Below are positions 38,076-51,620 of a stretch of 64,000 nt of DNA, in pieces. The stretch's first letter is position 1, and the number at the start of each line of letters is the position of its first letter. Location: the NCBI RefSeq assembly GCF_001194135.2, contig NC_068985.1, forward strand, positions 70,679,601-70,743,600, written 5' to 3'. The stretch is from Octopus bimaculoides. Lineage: Eukaryota. The translations under genes were made by a program, and so were the position numbers. Below the pieces are notes generated by a model that was given only the letters and a program-made list of their open reading frames with translations, did no database searches and was not told the DNA's origin.

Positions 38076-38529
38076 ATTATTACAGTGACGATTACAATAG
38101 TTGTTAAAAACTGCAACAAGGAAATACTTGTCGTATGTAACTCCGTATAATCAAAACGAAATTGCAGTATTGATGCTAGGTTATTGTTTCAGCCCAAGTC
38201 ATATCTGACCGTGCAAATCAGTAACCGAAGACACTCCAACTATACCCACCACATCTCTTTTGTGTGTACCAAGGGCTGCATTATCCAAAGTGCACTTCCA
38301 TTTTAAGCTTGGGTTTCATTTGTGTAAGAATTTAGCTATTATTTGCAGCAGGTCGACCGGCTATGTAAACGTTCCTTCGTTGTGTTGCAAGTTTTTGTTT
38401 TTGTTGTTGTTGTCAGGTTACTGGAAAATTACGAACGAATTAGTCATTATTCCAATTTCTTTCAATAACGCTGTATATTTAATTATCTTTCTATTTTTGA
38501 ACATGTAGAATCATTAATCCCAATACGTC

Positions 38530-38571
<42 letters not shown>

Positions 38572-38947
38572 GACAAGAAAAGCATCATAATGTTGAAAAA
38601 TAGAATTTCAACAACAGACATTGTTTATGGAATAATCATCAAAGTACATTTACTGAGTTTACTGAACATGAAATAAATATTTTTTAAAGAAGCAATTTTA
38701 GATTATTGAACGAGAACGAGAACTTAAATTTCAATAATTTATCAATTAAAAGTTCCTAATATAATGTCTGCTTTTCTGAAAATAGACAAAGTTTAATGAC
38801 TTCCTAATTCTTTCAAATGCTCTAGGCACTTAAGCTGAAGATAGTTTAGGTGAAAGGTAGGATTTCAATGGATGAGCAATATAAATTTAAAATGTTACCA
38901 TCTGGTAAGCGACAAGTGCTAAACTCGATTACTGTTATTAATAATAA

Positions 38948-39151
38948 TAATCCATTCTACTATAGGATTTAGGAGGAGAGGAGGTATTAGCCGATTACGT
39001 CGATATCAGTATTCGACTGTTACTTATTTCATCGACCCTGAAAAGAGTAAAGGCAAAGTCAACTTCGGCAGAATTTGGGTTCCTATCGTAAAGACGGAGC
39101 AAATGACGCTGAGCATTTCTGTCCGCGTGCTAACAATTCTGCCAGCTCTCC
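38948..39151 (-). mobile_element. SINE family B
   Basis: AAGGCAAAGTCAACTTCGGCAGAATTTG...GTGCTAACAATTCTGCCAGCTC is the reverse complement of family B. Confidence 0.8.
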
Positions 39152-39403
39152 AATAATAGGCTCTGATCATCTGGTGGTTATTTTGCGATTCTCTTTGCTG
39201 TTAGGTCAAGAGTTTCCGTTGTTGTGATTGTTTTTGTTGTCGTTAAGTATAATCGAAACCTGGGCATCAAAAAGCTTAGATTTGCAACATGATTGTTGGC
39301 TACCAAGTTCCCAATTCAGTGGCATTTGTCTTCTTACAATACCTTGAGACGATCAAGGCCTTGTGAATTGAATTTACAAAAAGAAAACTATACTCACGCA
39401 CAC

Positions 39404-39451
<48 letters not shown>

Positions 39452-39502
39452 CGGTATATATATATGTATACGCATGCGTATGTGTGCGCGCGTGCGCGCG
39501 TA

Positions 39503-40757
39503 CAGGGTGCGTAAAATATTTGAGGACAGATTTATGTTCATTAAAAAACAGACATATAATAACAGATAATAATTTTATTTATCAAAAAGTGCTCTTAGGA
39601 TAGAAATAAACCTTCTTTTCTATAATGTTATTCAATAAAGTCACCTTCAGCTTCAACAACTGCTTCTATATGAGATCTAATTCATCTACATGCTCGAATC
39701 AGGTGGTCCTGGTTCATTTTGGACATTACTCTGACTATGGCAGCTTTTAAAGAATCTTTGGTGTTATGAGCGTGTTCACTGACCTCTCTCTCAACAACGC
39801 TCCACATGAAATAGTCAAATGGATTGAGATCTGGGGAATTAGGAGGCCAAATGTTAGGTGTTATGTGATCATGAAAATTTTCAGCCATCCATTCCTGTGT
39901 TACTAGAGCCATGTGTGATAAGCAGAGTCTTACTGAAACACATATGGCCTTCCATTGCATACACTATCTATAGCTTAACAATTATTTCCAGGATCTCAAT
40001 GTAGGCGGCAGAGTTAATTCTAAGGCCTTGTGGAAAGAAGTAAGGAGGCATCACATGTCCTTCATTGCTGACAACCCATAAAACCATGACAGTTGCAGAA
40101 ATTTTTGTATGCATAACACTTGGAACTTCAGAAGGGTCTGCACATAATCATCTGTCATTTTTCCTGTTAATTTTTTAATCTTCGTCGAAGTTTTTTTTCG
40201 TCTGAGAAAAACCAAATCAAATCTTCTGCTGGATTCTTCAGTTTGTTTACAGCCTTTTAGATCTGATGTAGTGATTTTCTTTTGCTTTTTCTGACAAATT
40301 GAGCTTTCCTTATCGTATAAGACTTATATCTGATGTCTTCGTGGACGACATTTCTGACTGTTCTTTCTGATACATAGAGATCTTTTGCAAATGACTTCAT
40401 GGACTTCCTGAGATTGTAATCAATGGCCTGTTGAACTTGCTGGATAAATCCAGGTGTTCTGATCATTTCGGTGCGTTTAGAATGCTTTTTATGCTTTGAT
40501 ACTGGTAATACGTTTCCATCTTCTGTCTCTAGCTCCTTACAAACTTTGTAGACGAAAGATCTGGCTACTTTTAAAAATCGAGATATTTCTAAATCGCTCT
40601 GCTCAGCCTTTATAACCACAATAACAGCATGCCTCTTCATTTCTTGAATAAGCTGAGGGTTATGATTATGATTTTCTGAAACAAAAATTATACAGAGTTA
40701 GCAAAAAAGTGCAGCAATGACCCCAAATGTATGTTCTCAAATACCTTACGCACCCTG
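39503..40757 (-). mobile_element. maT-family (DD37D) Tc1/mariner transposon, full length, defective
   Basis: 26-bp TIRs CAGGGTGCGTAA(AA/GG)TATTTGAG(G/A)ACA (23/26), TA on both flanks, 1255 bp. Confidence 0.9.
39682..40640 (-). pseudogene. DD37D (maT) transposase with frameshifts and stops
   Basis: N-terminal HTH-like ORF 40640-40257; WFFSDEK near 40200; YVFQ*DSA then, after restoring a 1-bp deletion, 37 residues to WPPNSPDLNPFDY. Confidence 0.85.
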
Positions 40758-41229
40758 TATATTTANNNNNNNNNNNNNNNNNNNNNNNNNNNNNNNNNNN
40801 NNNNNNNNNNNNNNNNNNNNNNNNNNNNNNNNNNNNNNNNNNNNNNNNNNNNNNNNNNNNNNNNNNNNNNNNNNNNNNNNNNNNNNNNNNNNNNNNNNNN
40901 NNNNNNNNNNNNNNNNNNNNNNNNNNNNNNNNNNNNNNNNNNNNNNNNNNNNNNNNNNNNNNNNNNNNNNNNNNNNNNNNNNNNNNNNNNNNNNNNNNNN
41001 NNNNNNNNNNNNNNNNNNNNNNNNNNNNNNNNNNNNNNNNNNNNNNNNNNNNNNNNNNNNNNNNNNNNNNNNNNNNNNNNNNNNNNNNNNNNNNNNNNNN
41101 NNNNNNNNNNNNNNNNNNNNNNNNNNNNNNNNNNNNNNNNNNNNNNNNNNNNNNNNNNNNNNNNNNNNNNNNNNNNNNNNNNNNNNNNNNNNNNNNNNNN
41201 NNNNNNNNNNNNNNNNNNNNNNNNNNNNN

Positions 41230-41260
<31 letters not shown>

Positions 41261-42278
41261 AGGAAAATATGATTGCACATTAGAAGAAAAAATGAGGACG
41301 AAAACGAAAGACTGATACAGGAACCAGGAACAAACAAATACGGTTTATAAGCAAGCGTGTTGTCCTAAGGCGGTGACAAACATAGGTAAATAGCATGGTT
41401 AGGAAATAGAAAAATATACTTTTCCTCGTGTTCGATATTTATAGCAGCAGGTAACATGAAAAGGAAAGTAAGGAACAGGGAGAGAGGGGCGAGCAAAATA
41501 GAGGATAGAATAATAGAAGAAAGAGGGACACGATAGAGCGAGAGAAGTATAGTGAGAGAGAAGGGCAAAATGGAAGGAGAGAAAAATGCTAAGAGAGAAG
41601 ATATGATAGAGTGAGAGAAAGATAGTGACGGGGAAAAGGTAATTAAAATAGACCAAGAAAAAAATCAGTGAAAGCACGAGTACAAATCTGAATGCGATTA
41701 AGAGAGTGAGAGAGGGGACTCTATTGAGCGAGAGAAAGATAATGAGACTGGAGGAAGGGGCATGATTAAGTGAACGTGAAGTGAGAGTGAGTAGGCAAGA
41801 TAAAGCAAAAAGAGAAATTCAGATAGTGAAAGAGGAAGAGTAAGATAGGGGGAGAGAAACATAGTGAAAGGGGGAAAGATAGAGCTAGAAAAGGAAGTGA
41901 GTGAGAGAGAGAGTATGGCAAGATAGAGCGAAGGAGTGACAGAAGGAGAAAAATACAGTGGGAGTGGAGAGTAAACTAGACCATGAGAGAGCTAACGTGA
42001 GTCACAGCGAGAGAAAATAAATTGGTTACAAGGAAAAATATGAATACGCTGGAAATGAAACTTCAAAATAATGGTGGAAAAACTGTACATCTAATGAACC
42101 AGCCGTCACCTGCGAACTAGATTCGTTTGATAATATATAACATGCTTTCGCTACGTGTTATAAGTGCATATGTAGTTCCGCGCGCAGAGAGAGACATCCA
42201 CTTGACTCTTCTACCGATATACGCAGTGGTCTTTACAAAATGTGACAAGAGGAGGGAGACGGGGAGAGGGAGGAGGAG

Positions 42279-42362
42279 GGGAGAGAAGAGGGGGAGAGAA
42301 GAGGGGGAGAGAAGAGGGGAAGAGAAGAGGGGGAGAGAAGAGGGAGAGAGAAGAGGGGGAGA
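42279..42362. repeat. 13-bp purine minisatellite (GAGAGAAGAGGGG)n, about 6 copies
   Basis: Directly visible. Confidence 0.85.
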
Positions 42363-42424
42363 GATAGGGAATGGAGAGAGGGGGAGAGAGAGACGCATCA
42401 ACAGTTGGTTGATACTCATTTTCA

Positions 42425-42545
42425 ACTTAGACGAGCGGGAAACGAGAAATAAAGTACCTTGCTCAAGAACACTACGCGTCGCTCGTTCCCGGTATCGAGC
42501 CCACTATGCTCCTGAGCCGAACATCCTAACCACAAGAACACCCCG
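42425..42545 (-). mobile_element. SINE family C head
   Basis: Reverse complement reads TGTGGTTAGGATGTTCGGCTC...GGCTCGATACCGGG...TGTTCTTGAGCAAGGTACTTTATTTC. Confidence 0.6.
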
Positions 42546-42855
42546 CACGCACACACATATGTATATGTTCCTGTATATATTTATGTATAGCTTGTGATCC
42601 CTATGATTATGGCCACTGGTAGCAAGGGAGTTCGACTAAATAACTCAAAGAGGCTTTCTCTTTCAGAATAGAAATACAGTAAAGTAACTAAATACTGGTT
42701 AAATATAGTCCACTCAATACCTGCAATATACATACATGCATAAACATATTTCGACCTACCTATCTACATACATACATACGCACATGCATACATACATACA
42801 TACATAGATGCATGCACACATACATACATACATGCATATATGTAAGAATGCATAT

Positions 42856-42924
42856 AGGCGCAGGCGTGGCTGTGTGATAAGTAGTTTGTTTCCCAACCAC
42901 ATGGTTCCAGGTTCAAGCCTCGGG
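42856..42924 (+). mobile_element. SINE family A head fragment, followed by a (TCTA)/(TAGC)/(TAGA)n array
   Basis: AGGCGCAGGCGTGGCTGTGTGATAAGTAG...CCAACCACATGGTTCCAGGTTCAAG. Confidence 0.75.
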
Positions 42925-43018
42925 AATACATTTAGTTGACAGAATGTGTAAGAAGCTAGTCGTCTATCTATCTATCTATAGATAGCTAGATAGCTAGCTA
43001 GATAGCTAGCTAGCTAGC

Positions 43019-43059
<41 letters not shown>

Positions 43060-43223
43060 GGGTGCAGGAGTGAGTGTGTGGTAAGAAGCTTGCTTCATAG
43101 TCACATGGTTCGGGGTTCAATCCCACTGCGTGGCATCTTGACTAAGTGTCATCTTCTATCGCCTCTGGCCGACCCAAAAGTTGTTAGTGAGTTTGGCAGA
43201 TGGATACTGAAAGAAGACCCTCG

Positions 43224-43255
<32 letters not shown>

Positions 43256-43478
43256 TGTATGCATGCATATATATATGTATTTGTGTATTTCTATTTGTCC
43301 CCACACCATCGCTTGACAACTGATGACAGTGTGTTTCGTCCCCAAAACTTAGCGGTTCGGAAAAAAAAAACGATAGAATAAGTACTAGGCTTACAATGAA
43401 TAAGTCCTGGGGTCGATTTATTTGACTAAAGGCGGTGCTCCAACATGGCCGCAGTTAAATGACTGAAACAAATAAATG
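43060..43478 (+). mobile_element. SINE family A, full length
   Basis: GGTGCAGGAGTGAGTGTGTGGTAAG...(TA)n...AAGGCGGTGCTCCAACATGGCCGCAGTTAAATGACTGAAAC. Confidence 0.9.
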
Positions 43479-44031
43479 AAAAATATATTTNNNNNNNNNN
43501 NNNNNNNNNNNNNNNNNNNNNNNNNNNNNNNNNNNNNNNNNNNNNNNNNNNNNNNNNNNNNNNNNNNNNNNNNNNNNNNNNNNNNNNNNNNNNNNNNNNN
43601 NNNNNNNNNNNNNNNNNNNNNNNNNNNNNNNNNNNNNNNNNNNNNNNNNNNNNNNNNNNNNNNNNNNNNNNNNNNNNNNNNNNNNNNNNNNNNNNNNNNN
43701 NNNNNNNNNNNNNNNNNNNNNNNNNNNNNNNNNNNNNNNNNNNNNNNNNNNNNNNNNNNNNNNNNNNNNNNNNNNNNNNNNNNNNNNNNNNNNNNNNNNN
43801 NNNNNNNNNNNNNNNNNNNNNNNNNNNNNNNNNNNNNNNNNNNNNNNNNNNNNNNNNNNNNNNNNNNNNNNNNNNNNNNNNNNNNNNNNNNNNNNNNNNN
43901 NNNNNNNNNNNNNNNNNNNNNNNNNNNNNNNNNNNNNNNNNNNNNNNNNNNNNNNNNNNNNNNNNNNNNNNNNNNNNNNNNNNNNNNNNNNNNNNNNNNN
44001 NNNNNNNNNNNNNNNNNNNNNNNNNNNNNNN

Positions 44032-44091
<60 letters not shown>

Positions 44092-44720
44092 TGTTCAACT
44101 CCACTTGAGTAGTTTTGATATTTTGGGATATAATTTGACCTCAGCAGGATTTTAACAAAAAGTGCAGAATGCTTGAACAAATGTCCCAAGGCATTCAAGA
44201 CGATGCCTGAACATCTCTGACAATACGCTGCCGGCCACGACGTTAGCTAATAAATAAACTGGTAGCACCACCATAATTTGTTGGGAAAAGCAATGACTTT
44301 TGGACAATCTGCAGGATGAAACACAAAATCTGATTGGTTGGAAGAAGTCAGAATGCTCATTGTCTATCCAACACAATGTATATATGCTTTGGCATATATA
44401 CATTGTGTGTTTCTTTGTGTGTAATAAATCTTACATGATGCTTTTTTGTCCTATTTACAATTTAATGTCAACTGATATTGAGAGAGTCACATTCGTATCA
44501 CCCGATAGTTTTGTTACTAAGAGAAAAAAGAAATGATGTGCTGTCATCTTTTGTGCAATAAGTATATTGGCACGAAGCCCTATTCCAATGAGTCACTCCT
44601 ATAGCAATTTTATCTAATAAAATATCAGATATACTCTGCTTTTTGTATTGAGTTATATTTATAAAACCAAACATATTTTTATGTGCATATACATATGTAT
44701 GTGGGTGTGTGTAAAGGTAG

Positions 44721-44755
<35 letters not shown>

Positions 44756-47084
44756 GAGAGCGAGAGAGAGAGAGAGAGAAAGCGAGAAAGAAAAATACAT
44801 AGTCGTGCACATATATATGTTAGCCTGTTTCATTGTGTATATACGTATGTATATGTACATATTTGTACATTTTCATATGTATATGTACACATGTTCATAT
44901 GTATATGTACGTATGTATTATTTTGTTTTTGCTTAAGTGTGTTTGCAGAATTCCTTAATGCTATAATGGCACGGTGATAGCAACAACAACTGATTTCTTA
45001 TTAATCATAAAGTAACACATCTCCTTCCAAATATCTTTATGTTTTTCTCTTCTTTCAACCAAGTTCAGCCTTTAGGAAATCTTTTGAAAAGAATCCTAAC
45101 AATATCCTTGGCAATATTTTCAATGAAATATGTTTTCGACAGAAACCTTTTTACTCACATTCACTACATAAATATCACGTATACATGAACATTTCACTAA
45201 AAACGTCAAGCGGAACTAAGAACGTATCTCATATTGTAATCAAGTCGAGAACGGCACATTCTATAGAATCCTTCATCAGTTTTCATGCCACATTTATAAA
45301 CAAATAATGTCTTGAACCAACAAAGGAATTTCAACATAGTTGTATGTTCTACGCTAAACATCGCAGCCAAATCTTTGAATTTGTTTCTTAATTGCAGAAG
45401 CTGACGAATAGTAACCGTGACAAGCTTTCCAGCGTTGTAACCACAACCACAGTCTGCAGGTGTAGAAACAAACTAGGGAATCTTTGCGCAGTCATGTTAC
45501 ACGATAGAAATAGCAACTTAATTTCACTCAAGTTATACCCTGCTGTCTGAAGAAGTGAAGGACACATTGTATATCCCTAAAAAAAGACACGATAGTTACG
45601 GCTGGAATGCGGCTCACCACAACTCTACTCGACCAGTGATGAAAACAACAAACATAACGGGATCTGCTAGATCTGCTAAAAATAGCAGCCGAGTGATCTT
45701 CAATTTTTTCATTTAAAGTGTATGTATAAGAGCAACAACTACTACCGCTGACTGATGTCACCTTTGCCACGTCAGTAGTATTCACTACATGAGACCTATA
45801 CCTGCTTTTCCTTCCAGATTTTATAATCCAAATTTAGGGTCAATTAAGAAAGTTTTAAATTTTGCTGTCTTGCTGGAAAAACAATAGGATCTCCTCATCT
45901 AGCGTGGGTAAAGTATATCTGGAACAGCAGAATTGAGTAGCTACCAGATGTTTCACCAAGTACATGAGTGACATAGGTTCGTTTCATGAGAACTGATCTG
46001 GGATTATTATATTATAACAACTAATAATCCTCTTTTATCAACAAATCATTTAACAAAAGCATTCATATTTACCAATATTGAGACTCTGATATAGTCCAGT
46101 CTCATTTCGGCTACGATTGATCATATGTAAGAATGAATATGCTCCGGTCTTCTTTTTGAATCTTGAATATGGCCTTCATATTTCGAAGAGAAGGAGATTG
46201 TAATTTAGTTTAGGGAGATTCAGCTACCCGTTATGAAGTCGAGGGCTTGTGTAGAAAAACTCACTAGGTTTGGTGGGATCCAGCTGAGAAATGAGGATTG
46301 AGTTATTTCTTCTCAAGCAATTCCTTATTGTGATTAGACCAACATCATAGGACATATTTTGACTGAATATGAAGGGATACAAAAGCAGCAATACTCTTAA
46401 ATTTAAAAAAAAAAAAAAATTTAATGATCCTCTTTTTCACTTCTATTTTTCGCAACAAAACTGTTTCTGAAATGAACTTGTATATTTATACGCTGAGGTA
46501 TTAATATATTTTTAAACGCATTTTATGAAACAATACAAAGCAAATTGTTCTTCATGCATATGAGGCGTATATTTATAAATAAGTGTGCATATATATATAT
46601 GTGTGCGTGTGTGTGTGTGTATGTGTGTGTGTGTGTGTACATACACACATACATACATATACATATACATTTGTACATACACACATACATACATATACAT
46701 TCTCTCAGCTCACATTCTACCTACTATTATATATATTAGAATTAATAAATTACTTTACTGCAAAGTATATATGCAGGTTTTACCTAACGCTTTGTGTACA
46801 GAAACATGTAGACACCTTAACTTCATATACACTAACTATCTAGACAGAATAGTGGATTGGTTTCAATCCTGCATTAGGACTTCATCAACGAAATACTCAT
46901 CTTTAAATGTTAATGAAGTTAGTGTTCATTTTAAATGATATCCCAAGTGTTGTTTAAATGATAACGCAGTTACGCAATAGTGTCACGGAAGTAAAGTTCA
47001 CTTGAAGCATAACATTAGTGACCATGAGAAACGATATATTCTGTAGTGATGAAAAAAGCATGTAACACATAACAGAATAAACCT

Positions 47085-47275
47085 GTGGTGGGCGACCCAA
47101 CGACTGTGTCTCGTGTAGCCAAACATTAGAAGTAACTGCCAAATCTTCCCCCATTCACATCCTGTCGTACTGAAAAAAGTAAGGTGTCATTGGATAATAT
47201 AGACCTAGATATATTTTTATGAAGACAGGATTATCATAACTCGAACGTCTTTAATCACTGGTCTGCTCAGTTTCA
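47085..47275 (+). repeat. Dispersed unclassified repeat; related fragments at about 11655, 18050, 27530 and 45530-45705
   Basis: Shared motifs such as GATCTGCTAGAAATAGCA(G/A)CCAAATCT, (C/T)ATTGGATAAT and ACGGCTGGAAT(G/A) across these sites. Confidence 0.55.
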
Positions 47276-50200
47276 GATGAACTAAACAGCAACGACTATA
47301 TCAAGTCTAATAGCTTCAGTGGAAATACACTCTGCACCTCTACAAAGGAAGATGCTGCAATGCAGAATGTAAAACACAGGACAAGACTGTGTTAATTATT
47401 TCGCTAATTTATTTATGCACAATGTTATTCAATAACAACAATGTCAATAGCAATTTAGTGCTTACAATTTCTGTTCTGGCGTAGAACAAATTATACATTA
47501 CCCTGGTCATATAAAATTATATACAAAGGTTAAACCAATAAACGAAATTCTGCATGTTCGCTTGTTTCGTTAAATGCAGAATTACATCCTGATATCTTCA
47601 ATAAAAGAATGACGCATTAGATAATGCAGTCTTACTCCAGAAAAAAAATACTACTACACTGTCAATTCCACAACGATAGAACACCATTCTGTGTTATGAA
47701 ACCTCGGATAGTCTTGTACATTTGATTTAAAACGCGATCTACCATTGGTAAGTCGCAGTCAACCTTGTAACATTTACCAGACCAGTATCGGTTAGAGAGC
47801 TTCATTTTCGCCTTAGAGTCCACTGGCAATACCTTCAACGGTAATCATTGTTTCCTATCAAGATAACAAGTTTCCGAATCGGCATTTCACTTGGGTTTGA
47901 CTATTTTGTGTCTAAGAGCTGCGTTGCACATATACAACTGCAGATCTATAGTAGACGTTTCGGTCGCCACTTGTGGCTGTGTCAACTCTCCGCCAGTTGC
48001 TTCTCTCGGCACGCCACCTTCAATAGTATTGTCAATACGTTTAGAGGTAAGCAGTTTTTCATTGAAGCTAGTGTTAGTGGGATAAGACCGAAAGAAATGA
48101 AAAAGACCAGACGACATCTAAATCTTCCCGTTCTTATACAGCAAGACTTTAATATGGGTACGACTTGCAGTGATACTTTTTCTAGCAATAACTGATAAAA
48201 TCGGCACTTAACCCGGGTCTCCTAACGTGCCAAAGGATCAAAAACTGATGAAATACGAACTATTCCCCGATAGGTTTCTATTCGAAATTTTAAAGATTCC
48301 ATGTTCTGGACACTTGAATTATCTCCCTTCTAAATATGATCGGACTGAAGATGATCATTCGTAAAAGGAGCCTTGCAATTGAAATGACACTAAGTGTGCT
48401 ACTTCCTTGTCATTTTCCGGCGTAAATCATTTATATTTTGTCTGACGACGCGGCGAAATGTTTGCATGATATTCAAAAATAAATATAATGAAAAAATTAT
48501 ATTAAAAATATACACTTTGGAAAAATGTATGTAACGAAAAAGTATTTTAAACAGATTATATATTGAAAAAATATATCGTGAAATATGTTTTATGATTTCA
48601 AGTATCGTCTGTTGAAATGAAGTTTCATAAAAAAAAAAAAAGAGCTGAAAGGTTTTCTAATATCTTAAGGAGAGTAGACATTTTTCTAATAGTTTTCTTG
48701 ATATCTTACTATTGTTACGCATCTTAGTGTATATCGTTTACTGTATCGAATATCGCTTTCAATACTTCTCGCCTAAAGCTCATACTTTATGGTGAATATT
48801 AATATAGAGCATATTGTGAAATAATTTATCAAGTGGATTGGAAAATCTTTCTACGGAAAGTTACATTAGATAGACCAGTGTATTCTCCGGGGTAAAACGA
48901 ATTTCTCATCATTCTTAGAGTAACTTTTAAGAATCAGAAAATGAGTGCTAGGTCATTATGGTCATTGAAATTATTTTATTGAATTTATTTCAATTTATTT
49001 TGGATATTTTCTCCATGAACTTCACAATGCCCGTTTACTTCATTATCTCTGAAACCAATCACATTTGTCAATACTCTTTGATGTGAATTATACTATATCT
49101 TTTGTGTATGATGTTTTACTTTCATGGTATTATCGGGCAGTGTTTCTGAGTTTGATCTAAAGCAGTGTTTACTGGTCTCTATTCATTATTCGTTCTTTCA
49201 TTCAGTTAGTCATTAACTGTAGATGTTTATCTTAGCTATTGTACCATATCTCATAATAAACCAGAAATAAAGAGGTATATAACATTTTTTTATTCCTCTT
49301 CTGCTCTATCAGTGACTCAGTTCTTCACAATCTTGTTCAAGATTAGAACATATTTATTAGGTTTTTAAAAGATTATAGCTTCAGCTTGCTGCAATGAAAG
49401 AATTTAGAGAATTCATAAACAAAATTGAAAACAGAACAAAAAAGATGCAGAAATTAGATAAAATCCATTCCATTATATCATAAGCAATTTAATTATTTAT
49501 TTGTTTATTTATAAATATATTTATTTGTGTATTTATAGGTCAAATTCCCTATAGTACTGCAATAATTTAAATTTTACTTGTGTGTTCAGCTTAGTCTTTC
49601 GTTATGAATGCACAATCCGTATGTACATTTGTATATGCGTGTATGTATGTATGTATGTATGTATGCATGTATGTATGTATGTACGTTTGTATGTATGTAT
49701 GCTTGTATGTGTATGCATGAGTGTGTATGTGTGTATGTACGTATGTGTTTGTGCGTGCTTATGTGTGTATGTTATTGTATGCTGATTGTTGATTTCCATT
49801 AGAAGACACTTGTTTATAAATAACATAAGAAAATGTATTGTCTCCCTCTCAATAGATAAATCTGTGTAAACATTGGAAATATGTTGCTGTCTGCGGGTAA
49901 ATTTTGTGGTTTGCAGCTCCATATCTTTCAACTCTACAATTAATTATATACAGAAACATATGTCTAGCCTTGCACTAAAAAAAGCTGGGTTTATAACTGA
50001 AATATTTTCATGTTAATTGAATTGCTTCTTATCAGGCTTTGATACAGTCAGATCTAAACCTTTTTTGTGGTAGCAAAAACAGTCAATAAAATGTACAAAA
50101 TAAGTATATTCATGTATAGTGAGAAGTGTGCTTTTGATGTAGCGGACTGGACATTTTTCAAAGAAATAGTTTGTGGTGCTGTTGTTATTATTGTTATTAT

Positions 50201-51099
50201 TTCAGCAACTTTCATTGAGAGAAGCCTTCAATCAAAAGCATTCGAGCCGTGATTATCCTGCTTTTTAGGATTATCTAGGATTACCTTATATCACGTGTCT
50301 GCCTTTATTTGTGACTGTAGGATTTCATTTGAGGAAGATTTAGCAACTCTCTTCAAACACATTGAGTCACCTTCGTCAAATGAGAAAGTTGAGAAGGAAG
50401 CTGAAGGTTTGGGGAAAAGTTGCTGAGGTTGGCGATGGTACAGGTGATGATGTTTAGCCACTAGTCATTGCTGACACAGAAAACATATGCTCGAAATATT
50501 TCCACTAATGACCATTACTTCATTTTCCTAGATACAATGTAGCTGAGAACACATTGTTTCATCTGCATTCCTTTCGAGGATAGCAGAGGATGATGATACA
50601 AGGGGAATCTAGCTAATATTTATAGCGGGTCATCGCGCCATGTGAGATGGCAAAACATCAATATGACGAGGATATAGTAAGAGATACACCAATTATAAAA
50701 GTGACAGAATAGGTGGTTAAAAGTCTAACTGACAACAGTCCCGAGAGACCAAATAGATTTACAAATCAGCTAATACAGTTGGTAGTAATAGATTAATGTT
50801 CCCAAATGACAAAGTTATGTATGGTTGGTTACATAACATAATTCTTTATGCATTGGCTTCTCAATTTTCATGAGCAGATGATTTACTCTAACTAATCACT
50901 GTTATATTGTAAATCTCTTATTTTATATACTGAATGATTGATAACTATTTTCTTCGACAAATCACCTGAGTAAATCTAATATCAAAGTTCTTGGCTCTGT
51001 TCCTTTATAAGCGGAATAAAATAAGAGTGTGCGTGTATTCATTACTATGTTATATGAAATTACAGTTATTATATTATCCAGAAATACTTTTAAAGTTGA

Positions 51100-51375
51100 T
51101 TTACATTTCATATCTCCGGGATCGATATATTAAAGTACCAGTCATGTACTTTAATCAATTAATCCTCTCTTCCTGAAATTTCAGGTCTTCTGTCTATGTT
51201 AGAAACAAATCTTGCGGTATTGGTTACGGCTCTTTACATTCTGAGTTCAAATGGTGCAAAGGTCAAATTTGCGTTTCATCCCTTGATGAAATAAAGTATC
51301 AATCAAGTACTGGGGTTGATGGTAACCTCTAATCTCCTCTCCTAAAATTATTGATTTTGTTCTTAAACTTTAAAC
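51100..51375 (+). mobile_element. Two tandem, degraded, 5'-truncated SINE family B pieces
   Basis: GATCGATATATTAAAGTACCAG...GTTAGAAAC then ATTCTGAGTTCAAATGGTGCAAAGGTCAAATTTGCGTTTCATCC. Confidence 0.55.
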
Positions 51376-51391
51376 AATCATTATCATTATT

Positions 51392-51620
51392 CTTTGGTTT
51401 GACTTAGATCCGGTTTTATTCCTGGTTGGATTTATGTGGGTAGCTGGTCACTACCTGTAACCTTAGGTATTCACAAGTTTTCAGTAGTCTTTCAAGTGCT
51501 TAGAACCCTATTCATAATCCTTGCTGTCCCAAAGAGACAAACTTTCTACAGGAGCTGTACAGGGCATTCTTTTTCAATCTCCTTCGGCCATTCGTTTATA
51601 TATTGGCTTACTATTTCAAG
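51392..51620 (-). mobile_element. R4/Dong-clade 3' fragment
   Basis: Minus translation KEIEKECPVQLL*KVCLFGTARIMNRVLST* plus 3' UTR near ATT repeats. Confidence 0.6.

Noticed and set aside
44145-44210. Possible terminal exon QDFNKKCRMLEQMSQGIQDDA*
   Set aside because: Weak acceptor, short, no recognisable homology or linked exons.
48245-48290. Plus-strand CTGATGA...GAAA
   Set aside because: Stem I cannot form and stem II is poor; treated as a chance match.
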